A stretch of DNA of 49,944 nucleotides from Candidatus Subterrananammoxibius californiae. GTDB taxonomy: Bacteria > Planctomycetota > Brocadiia > Brocadiales > Subterrananammoxibiaceae. This document shows, piece after piece, positions 8,114 to 19,252 of this stretch. Both the position numbers and the translations under genes were made by a program. The notes beneath the pieces were generated by a model. It worked only from the letters and a program-made list of their open reading frames with translations. It ran no database searches and had not been told where the DNA came from. The stretch spans positions 1 to 49,944 of the forward strand of contig JAURAC010000025.1 in NCBI GenBank assembly GCA_030586555.1, in the 5' to 3' direction. The number at the start of each line of letters is the position of its first letter. Position 1 is the first letter of the stretch.

Positions 8114-9470
8114 TCAAACCAGTCTCTTTAATAGAAAGTAAATAAAAGATTGCTATGGCAGTTTCTGAAAAGTACAGTGCAATAATGGCTCCGTAGGCGC
8201 CATATATGGGAATGAGAATTAAATTAGTCAGAACATTCAATAATATTCCACCCACAATTATCCTTGCGACTCGACCTTCATATCCTAAAGAAAAGAGATA
8301 CGTACCCCCCAATCCATTTATCACAGTTGGTATAAGTATCCAGGAGAAATATTTCAACATCGGGATTGAAGCGCTAAAATTGCTGCCAAAGGTGATATTT
8401 ACAAGCATATCTGAGAATACATAAAAGATAGCTGATGCAGTTAGAGCGAAAAGCAAAAGGTTTCTTGCAGAATGTGCAAAAATGTGTCTTAAACAGTCGC
8501 TTGTTGCTTGTTGCTTGTCGCTCGTAAATCTAGTCCCGAGCGACGGGTCTCGAGCAACGGGCGACGAATGATATGCCACTGCTGCCGCCATAAGTGGATA
8601 AAGAGTTCCGACGTATGCCATCGGGAACATCTTGGCAGATTCAATCAATCTTGTTATGGCAGAATACAGACCTGCTTCTCCCTTGCCGGAAATATAATAT
8701 AAAAGCACCACGTCTAATTTAAAGTAAATAACACCCACAACCGCCGTCACGGCAAAGGGTAGAGACTCCTTCCAAAGGATTCTTAGAAAATTCAGGTCAA
8801 CATCAAATCTTCCACCAATATTGAGGAAATATTTAAAATAAAGGGAACCCCCGCCTGCTAACTTTAAAAACTGCACCACAATTAGTATTAATATAAAACA
8901 AACTACACTGTAGCCCATTGCACCGCATATTACACCAACAGATAGTTGAAGAAACATCTCTACAATACTCAAGTATAGAATTAAATCCATTCTCTGAAAC
9001 GACCGAAACACGGCATTTAAAGAGAGGTTTAACGATTGGAATATTACGTACACCGCACCAATCTCTAAACAAAACGAGACATTCCACTGTCTGTAAAAAA
9101 AGAAATTACTAAGTAGAAACAATAATAAGGCGCTTATTAGTCCCAGTATAAGTTTGAAAATGGATGTTCCGAGCAGATAACGATTAGTGGCGCCCGGTTC
9201 TTGTGATATTCTCCTTGTTAATTGAAGACTAAGGGCTAACTCAGTTCCTCCGAGGAAGAAGAAAAGAACGGAGATTACAAAGGCATACTCTCCCAGTGAT
9301 TCCTTACCTAAGAAACGACCGATTATGACGGCGAATACAAAAGCAGTAACTGCTGTACCTGCATTTGCGATAAAGAGAATAACGGAATTTTTGTAGATTG
9401 CTTTTTTATTAAATCCCTCAAAAGAATATTGCGTATCTGTCTTATAAGTTCGAAGTTTATTTAAATTCAA
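8091..9470 (-). CDS. Wzx/MOP-family flippase
   Basis: Polytopic; IGRFLGKESLGEY, KLDVVLL, EAGLYSA, LILIPIYGAYGA. Confidence 0.9.
   Translation of the reverse strand: MNLNKLRTYKTDTQYSFEGFNKKAIYKNSVILFIANAGTAVTAFVFAVIIGRFLGKESLGEYAFVISVLFFFLGGTELALSLQLTRRISQEPGATNRYLLGTSIFKLILGLISALLLFLLSNFFFYRQWNVSFCLEIGAVYVIFQSLNLSLNAVFRSFQRMDLILYLSIVEMFLQLSVGVICGAMGYSVVCFILILIVVQFLKLAGGGSLYFKYFLNIGGRFDVDLNFLRILWKESLPFAVTAVVGVIYFKLDVVLLYYISGKGEAGLYSAITRLIESAKMFPMAYVGTLYPLMAAAVAYHSSPVARDPSLGTRFTSDKQQATSDCLRHIFAHSARNLLLFALTASAIFYVFSDMLVNITFGSNFSASIPMLKYFSWILIPTVINGLGGTYLFSLGYEGRVARIIVGGILLNVLTNLILIPIYGAYGAIIALYFSETAIAIFYLLSIKETGLIGVQIEH
8496..8567. repeat. Inverted heptamer array, in frame in the flippase
   Basis: (gtygcty)4 faces (gagcgac-like)4; 72 nt encoding SSPVARDPSLGTRFTSDKQQATSD. 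Confidence 0.8.
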
Positions 9471-11436
9471 TTGAACTTACTCCCATAGCCAGTTGTCTTA
9501 CATCGGGACCCATTCCGTGTTCTGCAGGGGAACCTGTGAAGCTATAAACAAATTTAATTTGCTGGTTACCCCTCTTGATACATGCCGATGGAATTTTTAC
9601 CTCGAAGTCCTCAAAGTATGTTGTCGGCTGGGTGAAGGTATGCTCACCAAGTAGGTTATCGTCAAGGTATATCTTTACGCTTTGCTGTTTGCCCGATATA
9701 GAGAACCCTGATGCTTTGATTTGCATTGTATAATCCTTAGGCTCTTTGAACTTTAAAATAATTAATGATTCTTGCCCTTCTGACCATGTTCCCCATTCCT
9801 CGGTAGTAGACCAGCCGTTAATTAAATATTTACGCTGAGACTTATCCCAGAAATTAATTGTACTGTCATTCATGACATAATAATCCGGCGGCAGTTCTTC
9901 ATAATATACCACTTGAGTTGCGCCTCTATTAAACCATCTTTCTTTAACGGGGTAGAAATATTTTATGACTTCATTTTCGAGAATTTTACTATTATTGCCA
10001 TTATCGTAATGTGTCAAAAACCGGGATACTTCATTGCCCCTATCGTGTGAATTTGAATTCATAACATCCTGAATCATCGCTATAGCACCTTCTTTAGTGC
10101 GTGGGAAAAATCCTCGTACGTCAACATTTGAGTTATTCTTTTCAGAATAATATGTTAATTCAAGGGGCGCACAGGATGGGCATACAATCATCGTTGTCCT
10201 GTCTTTTAATGAAAGGTCTTTTATAAATGAAATAATTTGTCTGCACTCGTGGGATTTTAATGTATTATAATAGTAGTTATAAAGAGGATTGCATACTAAT
10301 ATTACTATCCCTGCGGTAACAATCCTCCTGACAAGCCTATCTTTAATACTCGCTATTCCAGAACCTACAAGCAAGCAAAACGCTGGATATGAAATGTTGT
10401 CATATCGCCCGGCAAAATATACTGGTTGAATTAAAATAGAAAAGAGATAAGCAACAATAAGTGGTGAGAGAAGGTATTCTAAAAGTAAGATATGGCTACT
10501 TGATACAGAGTATTGTGTTATAATCTTAGGGTAGTCTTCTACATTCTGGCTTGTTGGGAGCGAAAACCAGTTTTGTACAGGTTTTATAAAAATCCCCTTA
10601 ATGATAAAGAGTATGCTTACCAGAGTTAGAAACATAATAAATTTGTTCTTGTTTGCAGCACAGAAACTATTAAAACTTATTAAGCTGTCTCCTATGACGA
10701 GTATAGATGGCTTTTTAAGAGTATAAGTAGCACCTCCAGCTGCAATCTGCGATAACAAAGTATTAACCCAGGGCATAAACAGTAAAAGGATAACAAATTG
10801 GCAAAACAGGAGCTTTTTACATAACACAAAACGATTATGCCTTTTTGTCAAAAACAGATAAATATAACCAACGACAAAAAGGAATAAACCGTGGTAATGA
10901 ATATATGTACATAAACTTGTTGTGATAATGTATAGAATCCTCGAAGTATTTTTATTTTCGTTTAGCAACCTGTAAAGAAAATAAACCGATAGAAGACTCA
11001 TTAGAGGAAGAAGGGTGTAATGTTTATTATTTTGAGAATAGTAAATTTGATACGGTGAGATGGCAACTATTAGTGCTGAAATGCAAGCAGACGTGGCTGA
11101 GTTGAACATACGCCTTGCTACTATATAAACAGAAGGGATAAGCAGTACTCCAAACAAAATTGAAAGAGAGCGAACTGAGAATTCGCTTGAGCCAAACAAT
11201 TTCATCCAAAAGTGCTCTAAAAGAATATAGAGTGGGGGTGAGTTTTCTCGTGATTCATTTTTCAAGATGGAATAAATACTTCCTTCAGAGGCTTTTACTA
11301 TACGTATCTCATCATTCCACAATGTCTCGAAATCAATATGATATAAACGCAGCCCAATGCCGAGCAGGATTATAAATCCCAAAATGGCAATTTCTTTTGT
11401 TCTTTCCTTACGACTATCAATAAGTTTATCGTTCAT
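9457..11436 (-). CDS. GT-C (ArnT/PMT_2-like) membrane glycosyltransferase with C-terminal beta-sandwich module
   Basis: LWNDE, SPPLY, GSSEFSVRSLS motifs; C-terminal GWS..E.WGTWSEG module. Confidence 0.85.
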   Translation of the reverse strand: MNDKLIDSRKERTKEIAILGFIILLGIGLRLYHIDFETLWNDEIRIVKASEGSIYSILKNESRENSPPLYILLEHFWMKLFGSSEFSVRSLSILFGVLLIPSVYIVARRMFNSATSACISALIVAISPYQIYYSQNNKHYTLLPLMSLLSVYFLYRLLNENKNTSRILYIITTSLCTYIHYHGLFLFVVGYIYLFLTKRHNRFVLCKKLLFCQFVILLLFMPWVNTLLSQIAAGGATYTLKKPSILVIGDSLISFNSFCAANKNKFIMFLTLVSILFIIKGIFIKPVQNWFSLPTSQNVEDYPKIITQYSVSSSHILLLEYLLSPLIVAYLFSILIQPVYFAGRYDNISYPAFCLLVGSGIASIKDRLVRRIVTAGIVILVCNPLYNYYYNTLKSHECRQIISFIKDLSLKDRTTMIVCPSCAPLELTYYSEKNNSNVDVRGFFPRTKEGAIAMIQDVMNSNSHDRGNEVSRFLTHYDNGNNSKILENEVIKYFYPVKERWFNRGATQVVYYEELPPDYYVMNDSTINFWDKSQRKYLINGWSTTEEWGTWSEGQESLIILKFKEPKDYTMQIKASGFSISGKQQSVKIYLDDNLLGEHTFTQPTTYFEDFEVKIPSACIKRGNQQIKFVYSFTGSPAEHGMGPDVRQLAMGVSSIEFK

Positions 11437-11444
11437 AAAGTCTT

Positions 11445-12113
11445 TTAAGCTATCTTCTTTTTGCCAACCACGAGTTGATTAAGCAAAAGGAAATCAGCCC
11501 GTATCTTCCTCAAAAATCCTTCAATGAGCAGCTCGAGTGGAAACCCTACAGGGGAAATCATGAATCTTCTGGCTTCGACTATTTCGAGACCTGCGTTTGT
11601 AAGAAGTCTTGACAAACTTTTAAGGGTAAACTTTTCATTATGGTATTCTCCTTTTACATGGCCTATTGATGAGGCAATAGTGTCGAAAAAGGGTACAGGG
11701 GTTGTTAAAATGGCAATCCCATTATTGCGTAGCACCCTGTAACATTCCTTTACTAACATTTCAGGGGCGGGAACATGTTCAATTACCGCTGTGGCAATGA
11801 CTGCATCAAAGGAATTTGATTTAAAGGGAAGTTTAGTCGCATCTCCAGCAAGTAAGCTTATTTCTTTATCTGTATTTGCACTTAATAGTGGAATCGAGAA
11901 ATCTATGCCCACACACCTTGCCTCTTTTATATGTTTGTGAATATAATTTAACATGAGGGCATCAGCAGTGCCGACATCGAGTAGGGTCCTTATGTTCGTT
12001 GAGAAATCTTTCAAGATGCGGACTACTTCTTCAGACCTGCGTCTTAGTCTATATCTATAGGCACGGTTCCCGAGCCTTTTTTGGTGATATTCTACATCCA
12101 TAACGCCCTTCAT
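11445..12113 (-). CDS. Class I SAM-dependent methyltransferase
   Basis: LLDVGTADA, GDATKLPFKSNSFD, VIEHV. Confidence 0.9.
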   Translation of the reverse strand: MKGVMDVEYHQKRLGNRAYRYRLRRRSEEVVRILKDFSTNIRTLLDVGTADALMLNYIHKHIKEARCVGIDFSIPLLSANTDKEISLLAGDATKLPFKSNSFDAVIATAVIEHVPAPEMLVKECYRVLRNNGIAILTTPVPFFDTIASSIGHVKGEYHNEKFTLKSLSRLLTNAGLEIVEARRFMISPVGFPLELLIEGFLRKIRADFLLLNQLVVGKKKIA

Positions 12114-12137
12114 TTGTCTCTAATCCTCTTATGTTAA

Positions 12138-14285
12138 TTATAGTTTAGTAAACTCAATAGACTCAAATGCTACGGCAAGCTTCCTGATGCCAGGTCCTTG
12201 TTTGGTCTCTTTTGGGGATATAGCATAACTATAAATGAATTTTATTTTGGTGGTTCCGGGTTTTAAATATTTAGCTGGTATCGTTATTTCAAATGTCTCC
12301 CACTGCAAAAATGGCTTAGTAAACGAATGCTCACCAATAAATTCATCGTTTACAAACACCTTAACGGCTTGCCTCTTATCCGGTACGGTGTACGGCGTTG
12401 CCTTAATTCGCATTAGATAGCTGCCTGTTTCTTCAAAATTAACAATCATGACGGATTCTTTCCCCTCTGCCCATGTTCCGTAACTTTCTGTCTGGGTCCA
12501 CCCCCTTCTCAAATATTTTATAGATGAGTTGTCTTTAAAATCAATGCGATTATTCTTAACAGTATATTTATTTGCTGTGAGCGAAGCAAGAGTGGTTGAT
12601 AACCCATAAATTGAAATCTCAGGATGAGTATACTTTAAGTCATGCGGCTTACCTTTTTGGGAAAGTATAGTTTTTTTAAATGTTGCAAGTAGTTTATAAT
12701 CACTGTTTAATTGTTCCGTAAGGCGTTTATTATAAAATATAGGCGTAAGGTCTGTTCTTATTATGTAATCTGGTTTTAGCTTTAGCCCTATTTCCGGGTC
12801 AATAAGGGTGTAATCGTAAACAATATATTTACCTGGCTGAATGGGAGGAATTTCTCTCCACTCCTGTAGCAAGCTGCTGCCTGGCTCAACGTTTTCATCT
12901 ACCCAATTATATACGGATGCGGCAGTGTGTTCGCCTGTCATTATATTGACATTTCTAATGGATAAGACCAATGGAAAAAGCACGCACAATCCAATCAGAA
13001 TAAGCTGCAGCCTTAGGTTCTTCACACCAACTAAGTAAATTGAACACGTCACGCACAAAAATATTATTAAGGGAAGAGAAAATCTTATAAATTGAAATCT
13101 GGATAATATCGTGAAAAGAAAAAAAACCACAATGGATGTAAAAATGAGGATGTTGAATAGTTTTACCTCCCCTTTATCCCCTCCTTGCAACCCCTCCTCT
13201 ATCCCCCCCTTCGCAAGGGGGGGATAAAGGGGGGTCATACCCTCTCTTCCCCCCTTGGCAAGGGGGGATAAAAGGGGGGTAGAAAGAGGTGATTGAGGGG
13301 CGGTGGAAGCGTGTGATTTACGTTTTATGAGCAGAGTAATCCCAAATAGCGAAATAACAAATGTCGGGATGCCCATACAGTACAATGCAATATTCTTTGC
13401 ATAGAACCAGATGTTTAAAAACATCGAGAGAATAAGGCTTGCTTCTCCAGAAGTGTGTGAGATTCTCATACCTCGAAGTTGTTCATGAAATTCACTAAAA
13501 CACACAAAGGCATAAGGCTCACCTATAAAGAACCCTAAAAGTATAAAAGGATAAGTAATTGCCTTCCTTTCCCAGCTTATGTCTTTCTGTAAAAAGTGGG
13601 ATAATACAATTACAACGAATATTGGCACAGCGCTATATTTGGTTGCAACTGCAAGACCGAAGAACAATCCCTGAAGTGAATAAATAACCTTACTTCCCCT
13701 CTCAAATGAAAAGAGGGTAATATAGAATGCAAGCATAACAAAGAAGCACATGCTCACATCGGGTGCGATGAAATGAGAATCTAACACATGAAGCGGTAAG
13801 ATGCTAAAAAATAACACTGACAAAATCCCTGCCCCAACACCTCCTGCCTTATTTCCAACAAGGTAAACCAAGGGGATAGTCAGTAACCCGAGGATTACAG
13901 AAACGAGCCTTCCAACCACGAAGACCTTTGTGGCATCAAACGAAGGTTGGTGATAAAAGGAAAGATACCCAGTCCATTCAGCAATCTTTAATGCCGCTGC
14001 CACAAGATAAAAATGAAACGTACCGAGGCGGAAATCATGTACATTCCAGTGAAAAGGGCTAAGGTTTCTTATTGCGTTTATTACCTTATCCTCGTCAAAA
14101 TGATAGGTGGCTTGAAGCCATGGAAGGTCAATAATCCCCCAGCCGATTCCTTTGAGTCTTAAGTATACGCCAAAAATTAAAGAAAAAATGGTAATTGCAA
14201 GAAAAATATATAGTACTCTTCTGTTAACAGAGTCTTCCAATTTAAAGGTTTTTCCAGCCAAGCTTCTTATCGGCCCATAACCCAT
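12138..14285 (-). CDS. GT-C (ArnT/PMT_2-like) membrane glycosyltransferase with C-terminal beta-sandwich module
   Basis: YHFDE, GRLVSV, SHFIAPD, GLAVATKY; same C-terminal module. Confidence 0.85.
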   Translation of the reverse strand: MGYGPIRSLAGKTFKLEDSVNRRVLYIFLAITIFSLIFGVYLRLKGIGWGIIDLPWLQATYHFDEDKVINAIRNLSPFHWNVHDFRLGTFHFYLVAAALKIAEWTGYLSFYHQPSFDATKVFVVGRLVSVILGLLTIPLVYLVGNKAGGVGAGILSVLFFSILPLHVLDSHFIAPDVSMCFFVMLAFYITLFSFERGSKVIYSLQGLFFGLAVATKYSAVPIFVVIVLSHFLQKDISWERKAITYPFILLGFFIGEPYAFVCFSEFHEQLRGMRISHTSGEASLILSMFLNIWFYAKNIALYCMGIPTFVISLFGITLLIKRKSHASTAPQSPLSTPLLSPLAKGGREGMTPLYPPLAKGGIEEGLQGGDKGEVKLFNILIFTSIVVFFLFTILSRFQFIRFSLPLIIFLCVTCSIYLVGVKNLRLQLILIGLCVLFPLVLSIRNVNIMTGEHTAASVYNWVDENVEPGSSLLQEWREIPPIQPGKYIVYDYTLIDPEIGLKLKPDYIIRTDLTPIFYNKRLTEQLNSDYKLLATFKKTILSQKGKPHDLKYTHPEISIYGLSTTLASLTANKYTVKNNRIDFKDNSSIKYLRRGWTQTESYGTWAEGKESVMIVNFEETGSYLMRIKATPYTVPDKRQAVKVFVNDEFIGEHSFTKPFLQWETFEITIPAKYLKPGTTKIKFIYSYAISPKETKQGPGIRKLAVAFESIEFTKL
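13165..13304. repeat. Nested C/G-rich hairpin elements, in frame
   Basis: Two inner hairpins (13190-13235, 13239-13280) inside a degenerate outer one; peptide PLLSPLAKGGREGMTPLYPPLAKGGIEEG. Confidence 0.9.
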
Positions 14286-14309
14286 GACCTATCACCTATA
14301 GCCCATAAT

Positions 14310-15722
14310 TTACATCCTTAAAAGGCTCAAACCGGCTTTTGCCATTCTTTTAAATTCCCCCGGGGAGCGAACTTTAATAAGCCTTTTTAAGATATACCGT
14401 GGCCTTGCATAGAAGCTTTTGTAGGCGTAAGTAATTAATTCCTGAAGTTCCTCTCGTGTAAAATTTTCTTCCCAGTACCCTGGTTGGAAGCCTGGAATAG
14501 GATTTTCGGCAAATGCCCTCCAGAAATCCTCTTTTATAATGCCGTCTCTTAAGCCCATTTTATAAATCTCTGTGGCAGGAAATGGGGTAAAGATTGTAAT
14601 ATGCACAAAATCGGGCCTTAGTTCCTCTGCGAAAGCAATCGTTTCCATGATTTCTTTTCTCGTCTCTTTTGGGCACCCAATCATAAAATACGCCAGGACG
14701 GATATCCCTGCATCTTTCGTCTGCTTAAAAATAGTCCTTACTTGCTCCAGCGTAATCCCTTTGTTTAATATCTTGAGTATTTCGGGATTGCCTGACTCAA
14801 CCCCATAGTGAATGCGCTCGCAGTTTGCCTCTTTTAATTTTCTTAACAGCTCATTGTCTATATTATTTACCCGTGCCCGAATATCCCATCCAATATTGAG
14901 ATTTCTTCTTTTAATTTCATCACATATTTCCATCACGCGCCGCCTGTCTATTGTGAAGGTGTCGTCATAAATTAGGAATTCATGGATGCCGAGTTTTACA
15001 CATTCCTCCATTTCATCCACCACGTTTGTAGCAGACCGCGCTCGAAAACTTTTTCCTAAGTGAGGTCTATCACAGAAGGTGCAACGATACGGACATCCAC
15101 GGCTTGTAAACATTGTGGTGATGGGGCTCCTTTTAGCTATGAGGGAGCTGTATTTACTAATAGGGGTCAAATGCCTTGCAGGAAAGGGTAGTGTATCGAG
15201 GTTCTTGTTTAAGGTGCGAACCCCTGTGTTAACAATCTTACCATCTTCTTTAAAGACTAATCCCGGGATATTTCTTAATTGAGTTGTATCATTTATGTTT
15301 TCTACGAGTTCTTTAAATGCGATTTCTCCCTCGCCTAAAACAAGAAAATCCACCCCGGGAAGCTTTATGGTTTCTTCAGGATATATGTGTACATGAGGAC
15401 CGCCCAAAACCACTTTTATGTTTGGGTGAATGGATTTAACCAAATTGATAACTTGTATGACGTCTATAAGGGTAAAAGTCATTGCTGTAATACCTACGAT
15501 ATCAGGTAATTTGGCAGAAATAACGTCTTTTAAACGGTCATAGCCAATCTCCTCCGCCTGGGAATCCAGGACTTCTACATCAAAATTGGTGTATTTCTCC
15601 AGATAACTGGCAATGTATAATATTCCGAGGGGCGGATTGTAACCCCGTTCCTCTTCGATAATGCTGGGGTTATTGCCAACCAATTCATTTTCTGAAGGAG
15701 GATTAATTAAAAGGATTTTCAT
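14310..15722 (-). CDS. Cobalamin-binding radical SAM protein
   Basis: PPLGILYIA, VLGGPH, GEGE, SRGCPYRCTFC, GVESG. Confidence 0.93.
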   Translation of the reverse strand: MKILLINPPSENELVGNNPSIIEEERGYNPPLGILYIASYLEKYTNFDVEVLDSQAEEIGYDRLKDVISAKLPDIVGITAMTFTLIDVIQVINLVKSIHPNIKVVLGGPHVHIYPEETIKLPGVDFLVLGEGEIAFKELVENINDTTQLRNIPGLVFKEDGKIVNTGVRTLNKNLDTLPFPARHLTPISKYSSLIAKRSPITTMFTSRGCPYRCTFCDRPHLGKSFRARSATNVVDEMEECVKLGIHEFLIYDDTFTIDRRRVMEICDEIKRRNLNIGWDIRARVNNIDNELLRKLKEANCERIHYGVESGNPEILKILNKGITLEQVRTIFKQTKDAGISVLAYFMIGCPKETRKEIMETIAFAEELRPDFVHITIFTPFPATEIYKMGLRDGIIKEDFWRAFAENPIPGFQPGYWEENFTREELQELITYAYKSFYARPRYILKRLIKVRSPGEFKRMAKAGLSLLRM

Positions 15723-16627
15723 AACCGGCCCCTTTTGTCAATAAGGTCAGCAATCATGCCGATGGCTAACATCTGTACCCCGGAGATAAAAAGTATAACG
15801 GCTGTGATATCCATAACTCTCGGTGTGAACAAATAAGTGAATATAAAGACAGCAAGGCTTGAAATGAAAAAGAATATGCTGATAGGCAGGAAGACCTTCA
15901 GGGGGTCGAAATATAAGACCGTCCGTATGACGAGCTGAATAAAATTCAAGGTGTCTCGAATGGGGCGAATCTTGGATTTTCCAGAGCGCATTTTATATTC
16001 GATGGGTACGAATTCGACATCGTAATCGTTTGTGAGCATGGCGAGCGTAATCGTCGTTGTAAAAGAAAAACCATCAGGTAGCAGGTGGAAAAATTTCATC
16101 ACCGTGGCTTTTTTCATTACACGCAAACCCGAGTTCAGGTCTGGAATCTTTATTCCAGTTAAATAATTAGCCAACCTGGTGATTATCCACTTTGCAAGTC
16201 TTCTTGCAGAGAGAAAATTACTGTTTTCTCTATTCCCAACGACCATCTCACACTTTGATAATCCGTCTAAGGCGGAAAGGAGTTTAGGGATGTCATTTGC
16301 AGAGTATGTTCCATCGGCATCTGAGATAATAATGGTGTCATACTTTGCATGTTTGATACCTGTTTTAATGGCGGCTCCGTAACCTCTATTCAAAGAGTGT
16401 TGGACTAATACAACATCCTGTATATTTTTTAACATATCAGAAGTACCATCGGTAGAACCATCATCCACAACGATAATTTCCCATCGGGAACCATGTTTTT
16501 CTCTCAATGATTGCATGGATTCAATTACCTGGGATATTCCTTCTCTTTCGTTGTAAACCGGTATAATGATGCTCACCCCGTTGGAGAATTCTTTATTTTC
16601 AATAGGCTTTACAATGTTTTCTGGCAT
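15719..16627 (-). CDS. GT2 glycosyltransferase, polyprenol-phosphate (DPM1-like) type with C-terminal TMs
   Basis: IIIPVYNE, VDDGSTD, NRGYGAA, DADGTY, PDLNSG. Confidence 0.92.
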   Translation of the reverse strand: MPENIVKPIENKEFSNGVSIIIPVYNEREGISQVIESMQSLREKHGSRWEIIVVDDGSTDGTSDMLKNIQDVVLVQHSLNRGYGAAIKTGIKHAKYDTIIISDADGTYSANDIPKLLSALDGLSKCEMVVGNRENSNFLSARRLAKWIITRLANYLTGIKIPDLNSGLRVMKKATVMKFFHLLPDGFSFTTTITLAMLTNDYDVEFVPIEYKMRSGKSKIRPIRDTLNFIQLVIRTVLYFDPLKVFLPISIFFFISSLAVFIFTYLFTPRVMDITAVILFISGVQMLAIGMIADLIDKRGRL

Positions 16628-16705
16628 CGTACATCCTCTACAGAATTTCTAACGGGGCTCACATTTTCCATAGTGTATTACCCATTTTCTTCTAATACTG
16701 CTTCC

Positions 16706-19252
16706 TTACTTAAATTCAATTGAACTAACCCCCATAGCCAATTGCCTTATGTCCGAACCCATACCATGTTCAGCAGGAGAGCCTGTAAAGCCATAGACAA
16801 ATTTAATTCGCTGATTTCCTTCCCTGATATATGCGGATGGAATCTTCATTTCAAGGCTTTCAAAGTACGTTGTTGGATGGGTAAAGGTATGCTCGCCTAA
16901 AAATTTGTCATCGAGATATATCTTTACGCTTTGTTGTTTGCCCGGTATTGAGAAACCCGTTGCATTGATTAGCATTATGTAATCCTTCGGTTCTCTGAAA
17001 TTAAGAATTATTAATGACTCCTTCCCCTCCGACCATGTACCCCATGCCTCTGTAGAAGACCAGCCTATGGCTAAGTATCTGCGCTGGGATTCATCATAGA
17101 ACTTGATAGTACTATCGTCAAGTATAAAATAATTCGGAGCCACCGCTACTGAATAAATAGCACAATTATCTATTTTCTTCATTAGCGCTATCTTACCATT
17201 TTCAAGCAGTTCAGATACACACCTATCAAGGAGCCCTTTTACACGCTTTGTAAAAGGCCTTTCAAATGTAACGCTATGGTCATATAAAAGATGGGTTATA
17301 CCTAACTCTTTTATGCTTTTTAAGAAGGTTGTGGCGTCATTGATTCCACCAAAGTCAAGAACACCTTGACGCGCAGGGTCTACCCCTACATACTCTCTGT
17401 CCATGAAATACCCCCACATAATCCAGGATAATATCTTTGAGTCTTCTGGTAAATTTTCTTTGATCCACGTAGATACTCTGCAATGAGGGCTCTCATTGAG
17501 AAATCGCCTCTGATCGAGAACGCCTAATCCCGCAAAGAAAGAACCTTCATTCCACTTAACGGAGGCGAAGAAAGATGTGATGGAAAGGGCAACAATACAT
17601 AAAATGATAGGAATTCTTATGAGAGAGTATTTTGTCCATACCGTCTTAATAAAGTGTGCAACTATAATACCCAGGATTGCGAGACCTGCGTAAAAAAATC
17701 TACTCTGGGGCGAGGTAAAGATAAAGAAAATATAATATCCAAGTGTTATAAAGAAAAAATATCTTATTATCCTGTTCCAATTCCTGAGCGTTATCAATGC
17801 TGGCATCAAAAATATAATAATGATAGGCGAAAGGGAGTTATTGATGTCTTGCGGAGATGAGGAAAATAAAGCTTTGTTAATCCTGATAAAATCAGAAAAG
17901 CCTTTAACCCCTCCAAATTCAGGTAAAGAAAGGTATTCCCAAAAGCAATTATTCGAATATTCATTCCAGTACCTTCCCCCCAGATAATTATAAAAGGATG
18001 GGAATACCGGGTCCCCCGTCAACCACCAACTCCTTATATACCACGGTAGAGCAGTAATACCCATCAACAAGATGCACCGCACTAATTTTTTCAAAAATTG
18101 TCTATCCTTTTTAACAAAAACAAGGAATCCTGCAAAGAACAATAGCACAAAGAATAGTCCAGGTGTTTTAGTTGCTGCTGCAAGAGCACAATAAATGATA
18201 GCGAGATAAAGGTACCCATCCCTTCGGCTACGCTCAGGGTGAGCCTGTCGAACCCTTCTTTTTTCTACCCACATAAAAAATACATATACCCCCAATAATG
18301 AGAATAATCCAAAGGCTATATCTACATAGGGTTCCGAAAAAAGAGTAGAAAAACTTGGTACGGAGAGCATCATAATAACAACAGCCAAATATCCTGCTCC
18401 TTTTGAGAAATATTTAGTTCCAACGAAAAGTAATGCGATTAAAAACATTAACGAAATGCTAAGGCTAAAAAGTTTTGAAAGGGTCTCACCTGAAGTTATT
18501 AGGCCTAATAGATATAGCATGTCTGTATGCGCAGGAAGTGTCGAATGGAAAAATCCAGGGATATGCACCAATGCATGATGCTTTATGTACAGCTTCGGAA
18601 GCGCCATGTGGTATACTACTGCAGAAGGGGTTAAGCTGAAAGATATAACAAACTGGTAAGTAATAATGATAATTATTATCGGTAAGAATACCAGGTCGGT
18701 TTTGTCTAATTTAAATCCCCTCACCTTAATCTCGCCAAGATCCGCCTCAGGTGGACTCTCCCCGTGGGGGAGATGGATAGGGTGATGGGGCTCGAAAAAT
18801 CTCTTTACCTCGAGGATTGAAAGTATGCCCAGTAACGTTAAGAATAAGTAAACCGCCTCCTTATATAGTAGTCCTGAAATACCGAGATAAAAGATGCCTA
18901 TAGAATAGATACCCCAACCCAAAGGAATTGAGAAAATTATTCTCTCTATTTTGGAGTCAATAGACCCTGAATTGAATTCAGGGCAGGCTTTTAACAGGCG
19001 CAGGATTCGATTGCCTGTAAGCAGAGCAACAAAGTTCAGTATTAAAACATAAAAGACATAAGGAAGCCGTGATAAAAATACAGGAACCCAATGAAATTTC
19101 AATGCTTCTGAAATAAGTTGGTTCGTATCCGGTCGTAAACTACTGAGGAAACTATGCCATGGGGCACTAACACAATAGTAGGCAGTAAGGCTAAGTATCC
19201 ATACAGAAAGGGCTACTAAACTGACTTCTGTAGCTAATTCCTTTTTTTGCAT
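16706..19252 (-). CDS. GT-C-like polytopic membrane protein with C-terminal beta-sandwich module
   Basis: YHMALPKLY, PYVD, PWYIRSWWLTGDPVFP; C-terminal module; ATG 19252 preceded by gaggt. Confidence 0.8.
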   Translation of the reverse strand: MQKKELATEVSLVALSVWILSLTAYYCVSAPWHSFLSSLRPDTNQLISEALKFHWVPVFLSRLPYVFYVLILNFVALLTGNRILRLLKACPEFNSGSIDSKIERIIFSIPLGWGIYSIGIFYLGISGLLYKEAVYLFLTLLGILSILEVKRFFEPHHPIHLPHGESPPEADLGEIKVRGFKLDKTDLVFLPIIIIIITYQFVISFSLTPSAVVYHMALPKLYIKHHALVHIPGFFHSTLPAHTDMLYLLGLITSGETLSKLFSLSISLMFLIALLFVGTKYFSKGAGYLAVVIMMLSVPSFSTLFSEPYVDIAFGLFSLLGVYVFFMWVEKRRVRQAHPERSRRDGYLYLAIIYCALAAATKTPGLFFVLLFFAGFLVFVKKDRQFLKKLVRCILLMGITALPWYIRSWWLTGDPVFPSFYNYLGGRYWNEYSNNCFWEYLSLPEFGGVKGFSDFIRINKALFSSSPQDINNSLSPIIIIFLMPALITLRNWNRIIRYFFFITLGYYIFFIFTSPQSRFFYAGLAILGIIVAHFIKTVWTKYSLIRIPIILCIVALSITSFFASVKWNEGSFFAGLGVLDQRRFLNESPHCRVSTWIKENLPEDSKILSWIMWGYFMDREYVGVDPARQGVLDFGGINDATTFLKSIKELGITHLLYDHSVTFERPFTKRVKGLLDRCVSELLENGKIALMKKIDNCAIYSVAVAPNYFILDDSTIKFYDESQRRYLAIGWSSTEAWGTWSEGKESLIILNFREPKDYIMLINATGFSIPGKQQSVKIYLDDKFLGEHTFTHPTTYFESLEMKIPSAYIREGNQRIKFVYGFTGSPAEHGMGSDIRQLAMGVSSIEFK
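18220..18255. repeat. Intragenic imperfect palindrome
   Basis: cccttcggctacgctcagggtgagcctgtcgaaccc encodes RVRQAHPERSRR between two TM helices. Confidence 0.7.
18717..18790. repeat. Nested intragenic hairpin elements
   Basis: Outer arms cccctcaccttaatc / gatagggtgatgggg enclose tccgcctcaggtgga and tctccccgtgggggaga. Confidence 0.8.
18965..18988 (-). repeat. 24-bp palindromic element (ACPEFxSG), in frame
   Basis: ccctgaattgaattcagggcaggc; second copy at 20322-20345. Confidence 0.85.
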